Source: Paragordius varius
Taxonomy: Eukaryota; Animalia; Nematomorpha
Assembly: GCA_964247055.1 (NCBI GenBank)
Contig: OZ176058.1
Span: 4,712,001 to 4,776,000, forward strand
DNA length: 64,000 nucleotides
Reading direction: 5' to 3'
Position 1 is the first letter of the stretch, and the number at the start of each line of letters is the position of its first letter. Position numbers and translations under genes: made by a program. This document shows positions 23,801-37,000 of this stretch, piece by piece. A model generated the notes under the pieces. It worked only from the letters and a program-made list of their open reading frames with translations. It did no database searches and was not told the DNA's origin.

Positions 23801-26800
23801 CTTTTTTTTCTAGGACGATCCGTTAGACTCGGTCAGAATATTTGTTATATAGATATCAATTTTTAATTTTATTAAAACATAATTTCGCAAATTATGGATT
23901 TGCACATTAATCGCGTGCTGCACATAATGTCTCAGGGGCAGCTTATGATTTTCGTAAAATTTACGAAACATACATGGTATGTTGTTCAATGGTTGAACTA
24001 AAAAAATTATTTTGATCTCCAAATTTATTTTTGTCGTTTTGTTTTAGTAACAAACCAAGTTTTTGCCGATCTCACCCATGCCCAGAGTTCAGAGTCCTTT
24101 GTCGCAATGATATATACGAGGTGAGACAATATGTCAACTTAACTTTGCTAACGAGCGTACCCAAAACATACAAGTATGGAATTTTGGGGCCTAAGGCTTC
24201 TTTCTACAGCATTTTCCGATACCTGGCCGGAAACAATGATCAAAGTAATTTTATGCGTCTTTGAAGTTAAAAAATAAAGGCGTAGTGGTATATAATATAG
24301 CCGGGTTATTACACTGTGTGTATGTTAAATCAGAGTTCTAACATTAAGTTTGCGTTTTTAAATCATTACTGCTAATGAGCTTAGGGTACTTTTTCACGAG
24401 TCTTGACTCAATAACACAATATGACCAAGTATACATTGTCGGTTTTTCATTTATTGACAATATACCGCAAAAGATTATTGGTTAAAAGCAGTAAGTGAAA
24501 AAAATATCTATAATATTTCTCTTTACTGTATAAACTATATAACAAAAATTAGTGAAGAACAAGCAATGTATGCTTATTCACACTCTATAAAACTAAAAAA
24601 AGAGACCATAAACCAGGGATGTCCAACAATTGCTTCCCTGGTCACACTTTAAAATAAATAAAATCGTGGGCCCCATTTAAATATTATAGCTATAAGATTG
24701 TAAAATACAAAGACAATATAACATTTTTTCCTACTACTTGCCAATAAAAAAACACTTTGTTTAAAAAATTGTTTAAGAATATCTCAATTTTACTAAGATT
24801 TTAGCAACATACTTTATAAAATATAATAAATTTCCAAGATTTTCGCGGGCATACACAAAAACTCGAGGCTGTGTTTTACAAACTCTAAAATCTAGATTTA
24901 GACTTTAAATTCAAAATCGTATTAACACTATCTTCAAAATTTCTTTTTTCCCTCTAGACGCTTCGATCCCCATGGCAATCCCGTTTGTAGTAAAAGCACC
25001 TCCTTATGCAGGAAGTCATCGTGCCCAGCTCACCAATATGGTTAATGGAATAACTCAACCACTGAGTGTTCCGACAGTTAGTATTGCTTTACCCGCACCG
25101 TTTAATGCTAACCCACCTGCTCCAAATTGTCCAACTGTAATTTATTTTTGAGATATACATTAATTTAAAAATGATTTATCATTACCCTTTTTTTGGTAGC
25201 TTTTTACCCGAACTTAAAAATGAAAGTTTTGATTATAATACAGTCATATTTTTTATATTATCAAAAAATAATTTTTCGTTAAATGGGCATATTGGTAAAG
25301 AATGGAAAAAACAAGAGCTCTATGATAATTCTTATACTTTTTGATGAATATGATATTGTTAATACCATAGAGCTCTTGATTTTCCATTCTTTACCAAATA
25401 TTTATACCCATTTAACGAAAAAATATAAATTTTTGATAAAATAAAGGATACAAGACTGTAATTAAGTAATGTGCATCGTATGGCCTTTCAGAGTTTCAAC
25501 ATAAAAAATTTCATCGATATTTTTGGTAATAAGTAATATATATTACGGTTAATAAAAGAACTTTAAAACTCTTTTGATTTAATTAGGGGGCTTAAATCAT
25601 AAAATTAATGAGGGATAATATATTTTAAATGTTGATTTACAATATAATATTTTAATATTATAATTGTATCAACAATTTTTTACATATTATCCTTATTTTG
25701 CAACGCCAAACGATAAGTTAATACAAAAAGTTTAAAGATGGTTGTCTTTTCTAAAAAATATTTGTCTTTTAATTTTCACGTTTTCTCTGTATACTTTCAT
25801 TTTTACTAATATAGAAATATTATTTTTTAATATTTTAGCTTCGAATATGGCGCTTGCAAGAACCAATAGTCTATGTGCGTATGTTTGGTGGATATGCGCT
25901 CCCTTCGACTTGGTTAGAGAAGGGCCGAGAATTTCTTCGAATTCTTAAGCTTAATGGACAAAACATTGAAAACACTGGACCCCTGTCCGTTATTTATGAT
26001 AAGTAAACCCTTTATGAATAAAAATGCTTAATATACCATTTACAGTTCAAATTCACCCTTTAACAATTCAAATTCCCCCTCGGACAATTCAAATTCACCC
26101 TAAAAATAAATTATCTGTTTTCAAACGAATATAACTCATTATTAATATGAAATATATCTTTATGGCATAGTTTATTATTTTTTCAGTATTCTTTTAATTT
26201 AAAACAAAATTTTATCTTTTAAAAATAATTAAAAATATATGCATTTAATTTAAAAAAACATATAATATATTTCAGGGTGAATTTAAATTGTTCGAGAGTG
26301 ATAAATTAATAATTGTAAATCGTATATTAACTTTGTTTATAATAGCATTAAAACCATTATTTATATTGTATTAGGTTTCCAAAATTGCGGTTTTTTGTTT
26401 AAATTTATTTTATCTCGAAATTTAACATCTATATTTGCAGAAAAATAATTTACCCTTTATTATTTTGCAGTAAAAATCAATTTTAGACAATATATAAAAA
26501 CTAAAAGACAAATATTTTTACTATCAAATTATAACCATACTTTTTAAAACCTGTTTTTAATTTAACTATTATAAGGGAATAGTTAAATTAAAAAACAAGG
26601 TTTTCCATATAAAATGGTTTACAGTAAAATTCTGAAATTATACGGACAAAACATAAAAATATAAAGACCAATATTTTATTTTAAGAGACAACCCAATATA
26701 TATCTAATTTTTTTTAATATGACTCATTGTTTTAAACTGCAGAGTGTGAAATTAATAAAGCAAACAAACAATGATATATTTAACAAGTGTTATATAGTTT

Positions 26801-27081
26801 TTATATAAAAAATTAAGGTTCAAAAAACTATGGTTTTCTTTTGGAAAAAAATGTTTGCCTTTATATTTATACATATTGTCCGTATAGCTTTAATTTATAC
26901 TGTATTGTATTTATCTTTATAAAATATGGTTGTCTTTTAGTTTTAACTCTAAATTATATTTTATGACATAAATTATTTTATATAATTTTTATATAGACCA
27001 AGTCGTTTTGTTTGTCGCCACAATGAAATCTTTGTCCCTTATCGAGGCGAAAGACCCCCAAGTGTCTCAGAGCTTTGCTGA
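20852..27081 (+). CDS. Secreted SOUL/heme-binding-protein family gene with long charged N-terminal extension
   Basis: Exons 20852-21060, 21298-21652, 21724-21806, 23207-~23377, ~23478-23551, 24048-24244, 24958-25136, 25839-26002, 26997-27081 (the exon 4/5 junction is uncertain). Signal peptide MKFCLFLATIFLLYTRSNA. SOUL motifs: CPEFRVL..YEVRQY, IFRYLAGNN, SIPMAIP, TVSIALP..NPPAP, VYVRMFGGYA, YDKPSRFVCRHNEIF. Confidence 0.85.
22188..22345. mobile_element. Small foldback/hairpin element in SOUL intron
   Basis: GGTTGCTTAT..CTATAG.GTTG.GCAA..GCAACACA..AGTAGTGTAT with its reverse complement; a different hairpin lies at 22951-23137. Confidence 0.6.
24614..24880. mobile_element. Possible hAT-derived MITE
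   Basis: Begins CAGGGATGTCCAAC, resembling hAT MITE termini; related fragments at ~23645 and ~41983-42250 (CAGTTATTCCTAACCTTTTT). Confidence 0.4.
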
Positions 27082-27959
27082 AATCTATGTTGGAAACATT
27101 TTGATTTTCATTTTATTACTATTTAATTTTTAACTTTCAATACATTTCTATCTTAATTTTTTACATGAATCTATCTACATTTAATATTATATTTAGAGTG
27201 TAGTTTTAGTTTTGTAGATGATAGAATCAATAAATTTGATTATATAATATTTTGATTATTTGTTATAGATTTATTTAGTACAAAACATCTAAAAATGGTT
27301 GGTCTGAAATTTAATTCTATATATATATATATATAGGTTTGAGTTAGGTTTTTGATTAAACAATGCACCATTTTTGAGATAAACTGGTGGGTATCCCTTT
27401 GAAAATATAATTCCAAAATAATTTTCGCAAATCAAAAGCAGTATTTCATTTACACAGTTGCGTCCACAAAAATCAACCTAATGAAACGCTATAAAATTTT
27501 AAATAGATGCTAAATTTTAATTGAAATATCAACTAAAAATATTTTTATATAATGCACACTAACTTACTTTTTAGAAAATTAGAATAAAAATGAAAATATA
27601 CGGAAACAAAGGGACAAATACAGTAAAAATTGAAATTATACGGACAAAACGTAAAAATATAATGATTAATTTTTTAAGACAAACCATACTTTTTAAATCT
27701 TGGTTTTTTTAAATATAACTCATTGTTTTAAATATTTTATTTTAAAATCGCATTTTCAAAGTAAAATCACCATTATTATTTATTTAAACATTTTTATTAT
27801 AGTTAATTTTGAACCGCTCTAAAAAGGGATTTCATTTTTATATAAAAAACTAATATCATAAAATATATTCTCATTTATAACTTTTTAATTATCTTCACGG
27901 CTATACAATCTAAATTAATTAATTATATAACATTTCTGTAAAAAACTAAAAATTTTGAA

Positions 27960-30947
27960 TTAAAATTAAACATAACTATAATTTATTAGTTTTCTAGTTA
28001 ATTTTGAATAGAGATAAATGGATTTAATATTTATACTAAAAAACTAGTAATTTAAATTATCAATACACAATATGCGATACTTTAAATACAGTAAGAACTG
28101 ATATTATACGGACAAAACGTAAAAATATAAAAACAAATATTTTTTTCTAAAAGACAACCATACTTTTTAAATCTTGATTTTTTATATAATAGCAAAGTGT
28201 GAAATAGAGATATATATCACTAAAACAATTTATTCTATAATTTACGATTGTAAATAAATAACTTACATAGGAAAGTTTAAGGTTTAAAAAAGTATGGTTG
28301 TCTTGAGAAAAAATATTTGTTTTATATTTTGACGTTCCGTATAATTTCAATTTTTACTGTATGCTTTCATTATAATTTTTATATCGTCTTAACGGCTATA
28401 CAATAAAAATAAATAATTATATAACATTTCTTTAAAAAATTTCCATCTAAAAAAATTAATTATATAACATTTTTTTTAAAAACTAAAAATTTTAAAAAAT
28501 TTCAACATAATAAGTATTTATTATTGTGCTGATCAATTTTAAACAGCTATAAAAAGGGATTTGATTTTTATAAACTATTATTTTAATTATCATTAATAGG
28601 TGTACTCTTAATATATTTTCATTATAATTTTATAACGTCTTTAGAGATAAATCCAATAATGATATAAATTAATTAATTATATATACAATTTACAGTTTCA
28701 ATTCACCCTTATACAATTTACAGTTTCAATTCACCCTTAAACAATTCAAATTCACCCTCGAAGAATTTTCACCTTAAAATAAATTACGTATTTTTTAAGA
28801 TTAAAAATTAGCTATATTTTTTACATATTTTTAAAAAATAATTTTTTGTTGAAAATATAAAATTATACTGAAAAAATAATAAACTCATAAATTTTATAGT
28901 AATAATGAGTTATATTAGCCCGAAAACACATAATTTATTTTTAGGGTGAATTTGAATTGTTTCAGGGTAAAAATGAATTGTTTAAGGGTGAATTTGAATT
29001 GTAAATGGTATAAAATTTCTGTTGTAAATCTAAAAATTTTAAATCAAAATTCTAACATAATAACTAAAATTTATTAGTTTTCTGGTTAATTTTGAATAGA
29101 GATAAATGGATTTGATATTTATACTAAAAACTAGTAATTTAAATAATCATTACACAATATGTGATACTTTAAATGCAGTAAAAACTGATATTATGCGGAC
29201 AAAACGTAAAAATATAAAAACAAATATTTTTTTCTAAAAGACAACCATACTTTTAAAATCTAGATTTTTTCATATAATAGCAAAAGGTGAAATAGAGTTA
29301 TATATTACTAACACAATCTATTCTATAATTTACGATTGAAAGTAAATATCTTTTATAGGAAAGTTTAAGGTTTAAAAATGATGGTTGTCTTTAGAAAAAA
29401 ATATTATATTTTTACGTTTTGTTTGTATAGTTTCATTTTTAACTGTATATTTTCACTATGATTTTATATCGTCCTGAAACTATACAATAATAATATAAAT
29501 CTATAAAAAATTTAAAATTTTAAATAAAAATTTCTACATAATAACTATAATTTATTATTGTGCTGATCAATTAATTTTAAACAGCTATAAAAAGGGATAT
29601 AATTTTTATATAAAAAACTATTATTTTAATTATGAATAATATGTGTACTCTTAATATATTTTCATTATAATTTTTATATCGTCTTCAAAATAAACTATAC
29701 AATCCAAATCAATTAATTATATATACCATTTACAGTTTCAATTCACCATTAAACAATTCAAATTCACCCTTGAACAATTCAAATTCCCCTTAAAATAAAT
29801 TGAGTGTTTTTTAAAATTTAACATTAGCTATTTTTCTCATATTTTTAAAAAATAATTTTTTATTTAAAATTAAAATCATACTGAAAAAATAATAAACTAA
29901 GCGATAAACATAAATTTTTATATATTAGTGAATTATATTAGCCCGAAAACACATAATTTTTCTTTAGGGTGAATTTGAATTCTTTAAGGGTGAATTTAAA
30001 TTGTAAATGGTATAACAAATCTGTATATTAAAATTTAAAATTTTAAATCAAATTACTTAATAACTATAACTTAGTGTTAATTTTGACAATCTAAATCAAT
30101 TAATTTTATAAAAAATTTTTTAAAAAATTAAAATTTTAATTAAAAATTTCAACATAAAATTATTTTAATGATCATTAGACAATATGCGATACTCTTAAAA
30201 TATATTTGCATTATAATTTTAAAATCATCTTTATAGCTAAACAATCTAAATTAATAAATTATATAACATTTCTGTAAAAAGCTAAAAATTTTAATTCAAA
30301 ATTCCACATAAAATTATAATTTATTATTCAATATCTAACAGCTATAAAAAGGGATTTAATTTTTATATAAAAAAAACCATTATTTTAATTATCATTACAC
30401 AATATGCGATAATCTAAATATATTGTTAATTTTTATATCGTCCTTAGAGATAAATCATACAATAATCATATTTTGTAAAAATCTAAAAATTTCAAATCAA
30501 TTCTACAAAAAATTAAATTATTCAATTTTAAACAGCTATAAAAAGGGATTTTAATATTTTTATCAAAAACTCTTATTTTAATTATCATTAGACAATATGC
30601 GATAATCTAAATATATTTTCATTATAATTTTTATATCGACTTTAAAAATAAACCATACAATAATGATAAAATTTCTGTTTTAAAACTTTAAATTTTAAAT
30701 CAAAATTCTACATAAAATTATAATTTATTTGATCATTTAATTTTAAACAGCTATAAAAAGGGATATAATTTTTATATAAAAAAAACTTATTTTAATGATC
30801 ATTAGACAATATGCGATAATCTAAATATACATTATAATTTTATATCGACTTTAGAAATAAACTATACAATTAATTATATAAAATTCTGTTGTAAATCTAA
30901 AATTTTAAATCAAAATTTCAACATAAAATTAAAATTTATTTAATCAA
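27960..30947. repeat. Degenerate tandem array containing copies of the LSM7 stop-codon region, including a ~1.07-kb tandem duplication with nested MITEs
   Basis: Repeated AATTTT(A/G)AACAGCTATAAA..GGATTT matches 30951-30976 (end of LSM7 CDS); 27960-29030 resembles 29040-30050. Confidence 0.8.
28089..28359. mobile_element. MITE family 1, full copy
   Basis: TA|CAGT...ACTG|TA with paired TIRs. Confidence 0.85.
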
Positions 30948-31087
30948 TTAATTTTGAACAGCTATAAATGGATTTGATATTTCTGTCATGCCTTCCACAG
31001 GACAAACTAAGCTTACGGCATTCCCGCGGCAAACTACGAGGCCAAGAGGGCGCATTTCTCCACTCAAATGGGATAAATCTTCAGGAT
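30948..31087 (-). CDS. LSM7: LSM7 last exon (Sm2)
   Basis: TTTTAG|ATCCTGAAG; (D)PEDLSHLSGEMRPLGLVVCRGNAVSLVCPVEGMTEISNPFIAVQN*. Confidence 0.93.
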
Positions 31088-34000
31088 CTAAAATGATATA
31101 TATATTTTAAAATTTAAAAAATTTATTTTTTTTAAAAAAGTTTTAAAAATTATTTTTTAAAATGTTTATGAAATTTATTTTATCAAAAAATAAATAATTT
31201 TTTTTGGGAAAATATTGCTATTTTAATTTTTATACCGTACAAAAATAATTTCAGGATCTAAAAATATATATTTTAAAAAGTAAAAAATTATTTTTTGTTC
31301 TAAAACATATATTTTAAAAAATTATTTTTTTTGTCTAAAAATATATAATATAAAAAGTTTAAAACTGTTTTTTTTGAAAAAATATTTATTATATTTAACC
31401 GTTAAACTAAAAAACAGGCATAACAATTTTACAGCAAAAAAAATTCAATCTAATATATAAAAATATATTAAAAAATTAATTTTTTGTATTAAAACATATT
31501 TCTTTCTAGTTTAAAACTGTTTTTTTTAAAAAAACCTTTTATATTTAACCGTTAAACTAAAAAAACAAGAATAAACAAATATATAAACTCAAATGTTCTA
31601 CAAAAAATATTAAAATTATATAAAAATATATATAAAAAGTTTAAGATATTTTTTGTCTAAAAACATATTTCATTATTTTGTGTTTAAAACTGTTTTTTTT
31701 GAGAAAATCTTGCTATTTTATTTTTACACCGTACAAGAATGATTTCAGGAAAATATATATTTTAAAAAGTTTTAAAAATTATTTTTTTATCTAAAAATAT
31801 ATAATTTAAAAAGTTTAAAACTGTATTTTTGTCTAAAAACATATATTTCTAAGGTTAAAACTGTTTTTTTAAATAACAATTTTACAGCAAAAATAAAAAC
31901 TCAAATGTTCTATAAAAAATATTCAATCTTATATAAAATATTTTAAAAAGTTTTAAAAATTATTTATGAAAAACATATTTTTCATTATTTTGTGTTTAAA
32001 ACTGTTTTTTGGGGGAAATATTGCTAGTTTATTTTTTACACCGTACAAGAATAATTTCAGGATCTAAAACATATATTTTAAAAAGTTTATGAAATTTTGT
32101 TTTTATCGAAAAATATATATATATTAAAAAGTTTAAGAAATTATTTTTTTGTTTAAAACATATTTCTTTCAAGTATAAAACTGTTTTTTTTGAAAAAATC
32201 ATTATTATATTTAACCGTTAAATTAAAAAACAGGAACAATTTTACAACAAAAATAAAAACTCTGATGTTTCTACAAAAAATATTCAATCTTATATATAAA
32301 TAAATATATAAATAATTATATTTTTTTCTAGTTTAAGAAATTTTTTTTTATCTAAAAATATAAATTTTAAAAAGTTTAAACTGTTTTTTCAAAAAAATCT
32401 TTATTATTAACCGTTAAACTAAAAAACAAGAATAACAATTTTACAGCAAAAATAAAAACTCAAATTTTCTACAAAAAAAACTCAATCTTATAATAAAATT
32501 ATATTAAGTTTACAAAAATATTTTTTGTCAAAAACATATATTAAAAAGTTTTAAACTTTTTTTTGAGAAAATATTGGTATTTTATTACCGTACAAGAATA
32601 ATTGTTTACAGTAAAAATAAAAACTCAAATGGGATAAATCTTCAGGATCTAAAATTTTATAAAATTATATAATTGAAAAAGTTTAAGAAATTTATTTTTT
32701 TGTCTTAAAACATATATATTAGAAAGTTTAAGAAACTTATTTTTCAAACATATTTTTTTCAAGTTTAAAACTGTTTTTTTTTTAAGAAAATATTGCTATT
32801 TTATTTTTTACACCGTACAAGAATAATTGTTTTACAGTAAAAGTAAAAACTTAAACAGCTCAAAGGATCTAAAAATATATATTTTAAAAAGTTAAAGAAA
32901 TTATTTTTTTGTCTAAAAACATATTTCTTTCTAGTTTAAAACTGTTTTTTTGGGGGAAAATATTGCTATTTTATTTTTTACACCGTACAAGAATAATTTT
33001 AGGATCTAAAATATAATTTTAAAAGTTTAAAAAATAATTTTATAAAATTGTATAAAAATATATATTTCAAAAAGTTTAAAAAAAATTTTTTTTGTCTAAA
33101 ACATATTTTTTTTCAAAAGTCTAAAATTGGTTTTTTTGAGAAAATATTGCTATTATAATTTTTATACCGTACAAGAATAATTTCAGGATCTAAAAATATA
33201 TATTATAAAAACTTTAAGAAATTATTTTATATAAAAATATATATTTTAAAAAGTTTAAGAAATTATTTTTTGTCTAAAAACATACTTCTTTCTAGTATAA
33301 AACTGTTTTTTTTTGAAAAAATCTTTATTATATTTAACCTAAAAAATAGGAATAAGCAAAAATAAAAACTCAAATGTTCTAAAAAAATATTCAATCTTTA
33401 TATATAAATATACTTTAATTTTAATAATTTTTTATCCAAAAACATATTTCTTTCAAATTTAAAACTGTTTTTTTTTTGAAAAATCTTTATTAAATTTAAC
33501 CGTTAAACTATAAAAACAGGAATAAAAAAAATTCAAATTCAAATATTATTAAAATAAATATTTTAAAAAGTTTAAGAAATTATTTTTTATCTGAATACAT
33601 ATTTCATTATTTTGTGTTTAAAACTGTTTTTTTTGAGAAAATATTGCTATTTTATTTTTTACACCGTACAAGAATAATTTTAGGATCTAAAAATATATAT
33701 TTTAAAATAAAAAGTTTAAGAAATTATTTTTTTATCTAAAACATATATTTTAAAAGTTTAAGAAATTAATTATTTTTTGTCTTAAAACATATTTCATTAT
33801 GTTGTGTTTAAAATTGTTTTTTTAAGAAAATATTGCTATTTTATTTTTTACACCGTACAAGAGGATCTAAAAATATATATTTTAAAAGTTTAAAAAATTA
33901 TTTTTTTGTTAAACATATATTTTAAAAAGTTTAAGAAATTATTTTTTTATCTAAAAAAATATATTTCTTTCAAGTTTAAACTGTTTTTTGGGGGAAAATA

Positions 34001-37000
34001 TTGGTATTTTATATTTAATCGTTAAACTAAAAAAACAGGAATAAAAAAATTCAAATATTTTAAAAATATATTTTAAAAAGTTTATATAATTAATTTTTTT
34101 TCTAAAAATATATATTTCTTTCAAGTTTAAAACTGTTTTTTTTAAGAAAATATTGCTATTTTAGTTTTTACACCGTACAAGAATAATTTCAGAATCTAAA
34201 AAATATATATTTTAAAAAGTTTTAAAAATTTATTTTTTTGTCCTAAAACATAAAAAAAAGTTTAAAAAATTAATTTTTTGTCAAAAAACATTTTTCACTA
34301 TTTTGTGTTTAAAACTGTTTTTTTAGAAATATATTGCTATTTTATTTCTTTACAAGAATAATTTCAGGATATAAAATATATATTTTTTAAAATAAAAAGT
34401 TTAAAAAATTATTTATTTGTCTAAAAACACATATTTCATTATTTTGTGTTTAAAACTGTTTTTTTGAGAAAATATTGCTAATTTATTTTTTCACCGTACA
34501 AAATAATTGTTTTAGAGTAAAATAAAAACTCAAATAGCTCTTTAGGATCTAAAAATTAATATTATATATTAAAAAGTAAGATTATTTTTTTGTTCTAAAA
34601 CATATATTTTAAAAGTTTAAGAAATTATTTTTTGTCTAAAAAAGATACTTCGTTTTTAAAACTGTTTTTTGGGGGGGAAATATTGCTATTTTAGTTTTTA
34701 CACCGTAAAAGAATACTTTCAGGATCTAAAATATATAATTTAAAAAAATTAAAAAATAATTTTTTGTCTAAAAAATTATTTTTTAAAAAGTTTAAGAGAT
34801 TAATTTTTGTTAACATATTTCATTATTTTGTGTTAAAAACTGTTTTTTTTTGAAAAAATCTTTATTATATTTAACTGTTAAACTAAAAAACAGTAATAAA
34901 AACTCAAATATTCTAAAAACATATATTTTAAAAAATTTAAAAATTATTTTTTTATCTAAAAACATTTTTCATTTTGTGTTTAAAACTGTTTTTTTAAGAA
35001 AACATTGCTATTTTGTTTTTTTACACCATACAAAAATAATTTAAGGATCTAAAATATATATATTTTAAAAAGTTTAAGAAATTATTTTTTTATCTAAAAA
35101 TATATATTTTAAAAAGTTTAATAAATTAATTATTTTTTGTAAAACATATTTCTTTCTAGTTTAATCTTTTTTTATCTAAAAATATATAATTTAAAAAGTT
35201 TTAAACTGTTTTAAAATCTTTATTATATTTAACCGTTAAAAAACAGGAATAAAAAAACTCAAATGTACAAATAAATCTTATAAATATACTCTTTCGAGTT
35301 TAAAAAAATTATTTTTTTGTCTAAAAATATATGTTTTAAAAGTTTAAAACTATTTTTTGTCTAAAAATCTTTATTATATTTACCGTTACACTAAAAAACA
35401 GGAATAACATTTTACAACAAAAATAAAAATTCAAATTTTCTGCAAAAAATCAATCTTATATATATATAATTTTAAAAAAAGTTAAAATATTATTTTTTTG
35501 TCTAAAAACATATTTCTTTATAGTTTAAAACTGTTTTTTTTTAATTTTTTTTATTATAACCGTTAAACTAAAAAACAGAAATAAGCAAAAATAAAAACTC
35601 AAATATTCTACAAAAAATATTCAATCTTATATATATATTTTATAAAGTTTAAAAAATTATTTTTTTGTCTAAAAACACATTTCTTTCATGTTTAAAACTG
35701 TTATTTTTGTGAAAATATTGCAATTTTATTTTTTACACCGTACAAGAATAATTGTTATACAGTAAAAATAAAAACTTAAATAGCTCAAGTCATTTATATC
35801 TAAAACAAGATTAATTTTAAATTAGGTTTATAAATTATTTTCTTTGTTGAAAAAATTTAATTAATTTGTGCAAGAACATTTAAATTGGATAATAAAAAGC
35901 TCTAGAAAATCGATTTAATAGCTTATATACATATATTTATACCATTTGCACTTCAAGAGTGCCCTTAAACATTTCAAGTTGGTTCTTAAAATTTTAAATT
36001 TTGTAACCATAATTTTTGCATTTATTTTCTTATTTTATTATTTATTAACCTAATTTTTTTATTTATTACAAATTTATTTTAAAAATAAAATTTTTTTTAT
36101 AGAAAAACCACTTTTTTCCAATATTTTTTTTCCATAAAAAATTATTAACTTTTAAATGTTTTTAATAAAAAATTGTAAATAATAACCCGGCAACTTATAT
36201 ATTTTTAATTACGCGTTCAAATCTTATAAATATCAAAAATAAATTGAAAAAATTAATAAAGATTACGGTTTCTGAATGATTAAAAGTTAATATTGATTTA
36301 AAATTTATGTTAAATAATATAAAATAGGTTAAAACTAATAAAATAAATGAATGATATACGATGATTTGATTGATAAAAGTTAAAATTAAAACAAAACAAA
36401 AATGTTAAAGGACCAACTTGAAGTGTTTAAGAAACAACTTGAAGTGTTTAAGGACTACACTTTTGAAGTGAAAATGGTATATACAGTTAAAATAAAATCC
36501 AATTATAGTCTTCAAAATCTTTTTAAAACATATTTAATTTACCAAAAAAATTTATCCTAAAAATAAAAAAGTTTAAAACTTGAGTGTTGCTTTAATGTAT
36601 AATCTAAACTAAAAGATAAGTTATTTTTTCTTAAAAAAACAACCCTATACTTTTTAAACTTTAATTTCTTTTAAAAACTAAATTAATGATTGAGATTTTA
36701 AAATATCAAATAGACATGTAAATTTAATATAACATAAATCAATTATATATTTTGCGATTGTAATTAAATAGTTAATATAAAAAATACAGTTTAAATATGG
36801 TCTGTAGTTTATTATTGTCTGTATAATTTAATTTTAATTCTACTACTTTTTATTAAATATATTTTACAGTAAAAATTGAATTTATACTATGGACAAAACG
36901 TAAAAATATAAAGATAAAAATTTTTTTTAAGAGACAACCATATACTTTTTAAACCTTAAAATTTTCTATATTAGTTAAGTGAATAGATTGTGTTAGTATT

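Noticed and set aside
24278-24330. GGCGTAGTGGT resembling a tRNA/SINE A-box
   Set aside because: No B-box or cloverleaf could be folded.
31088-35790. CRISPR-like look of a conserved ~30-bp motif recurring at intervals (also 51405-59061)
   Set aside because: Eukaryotic intron, spacers are homologous to each other, the motif derives from the neighbouring exon, and there are no cas genes.
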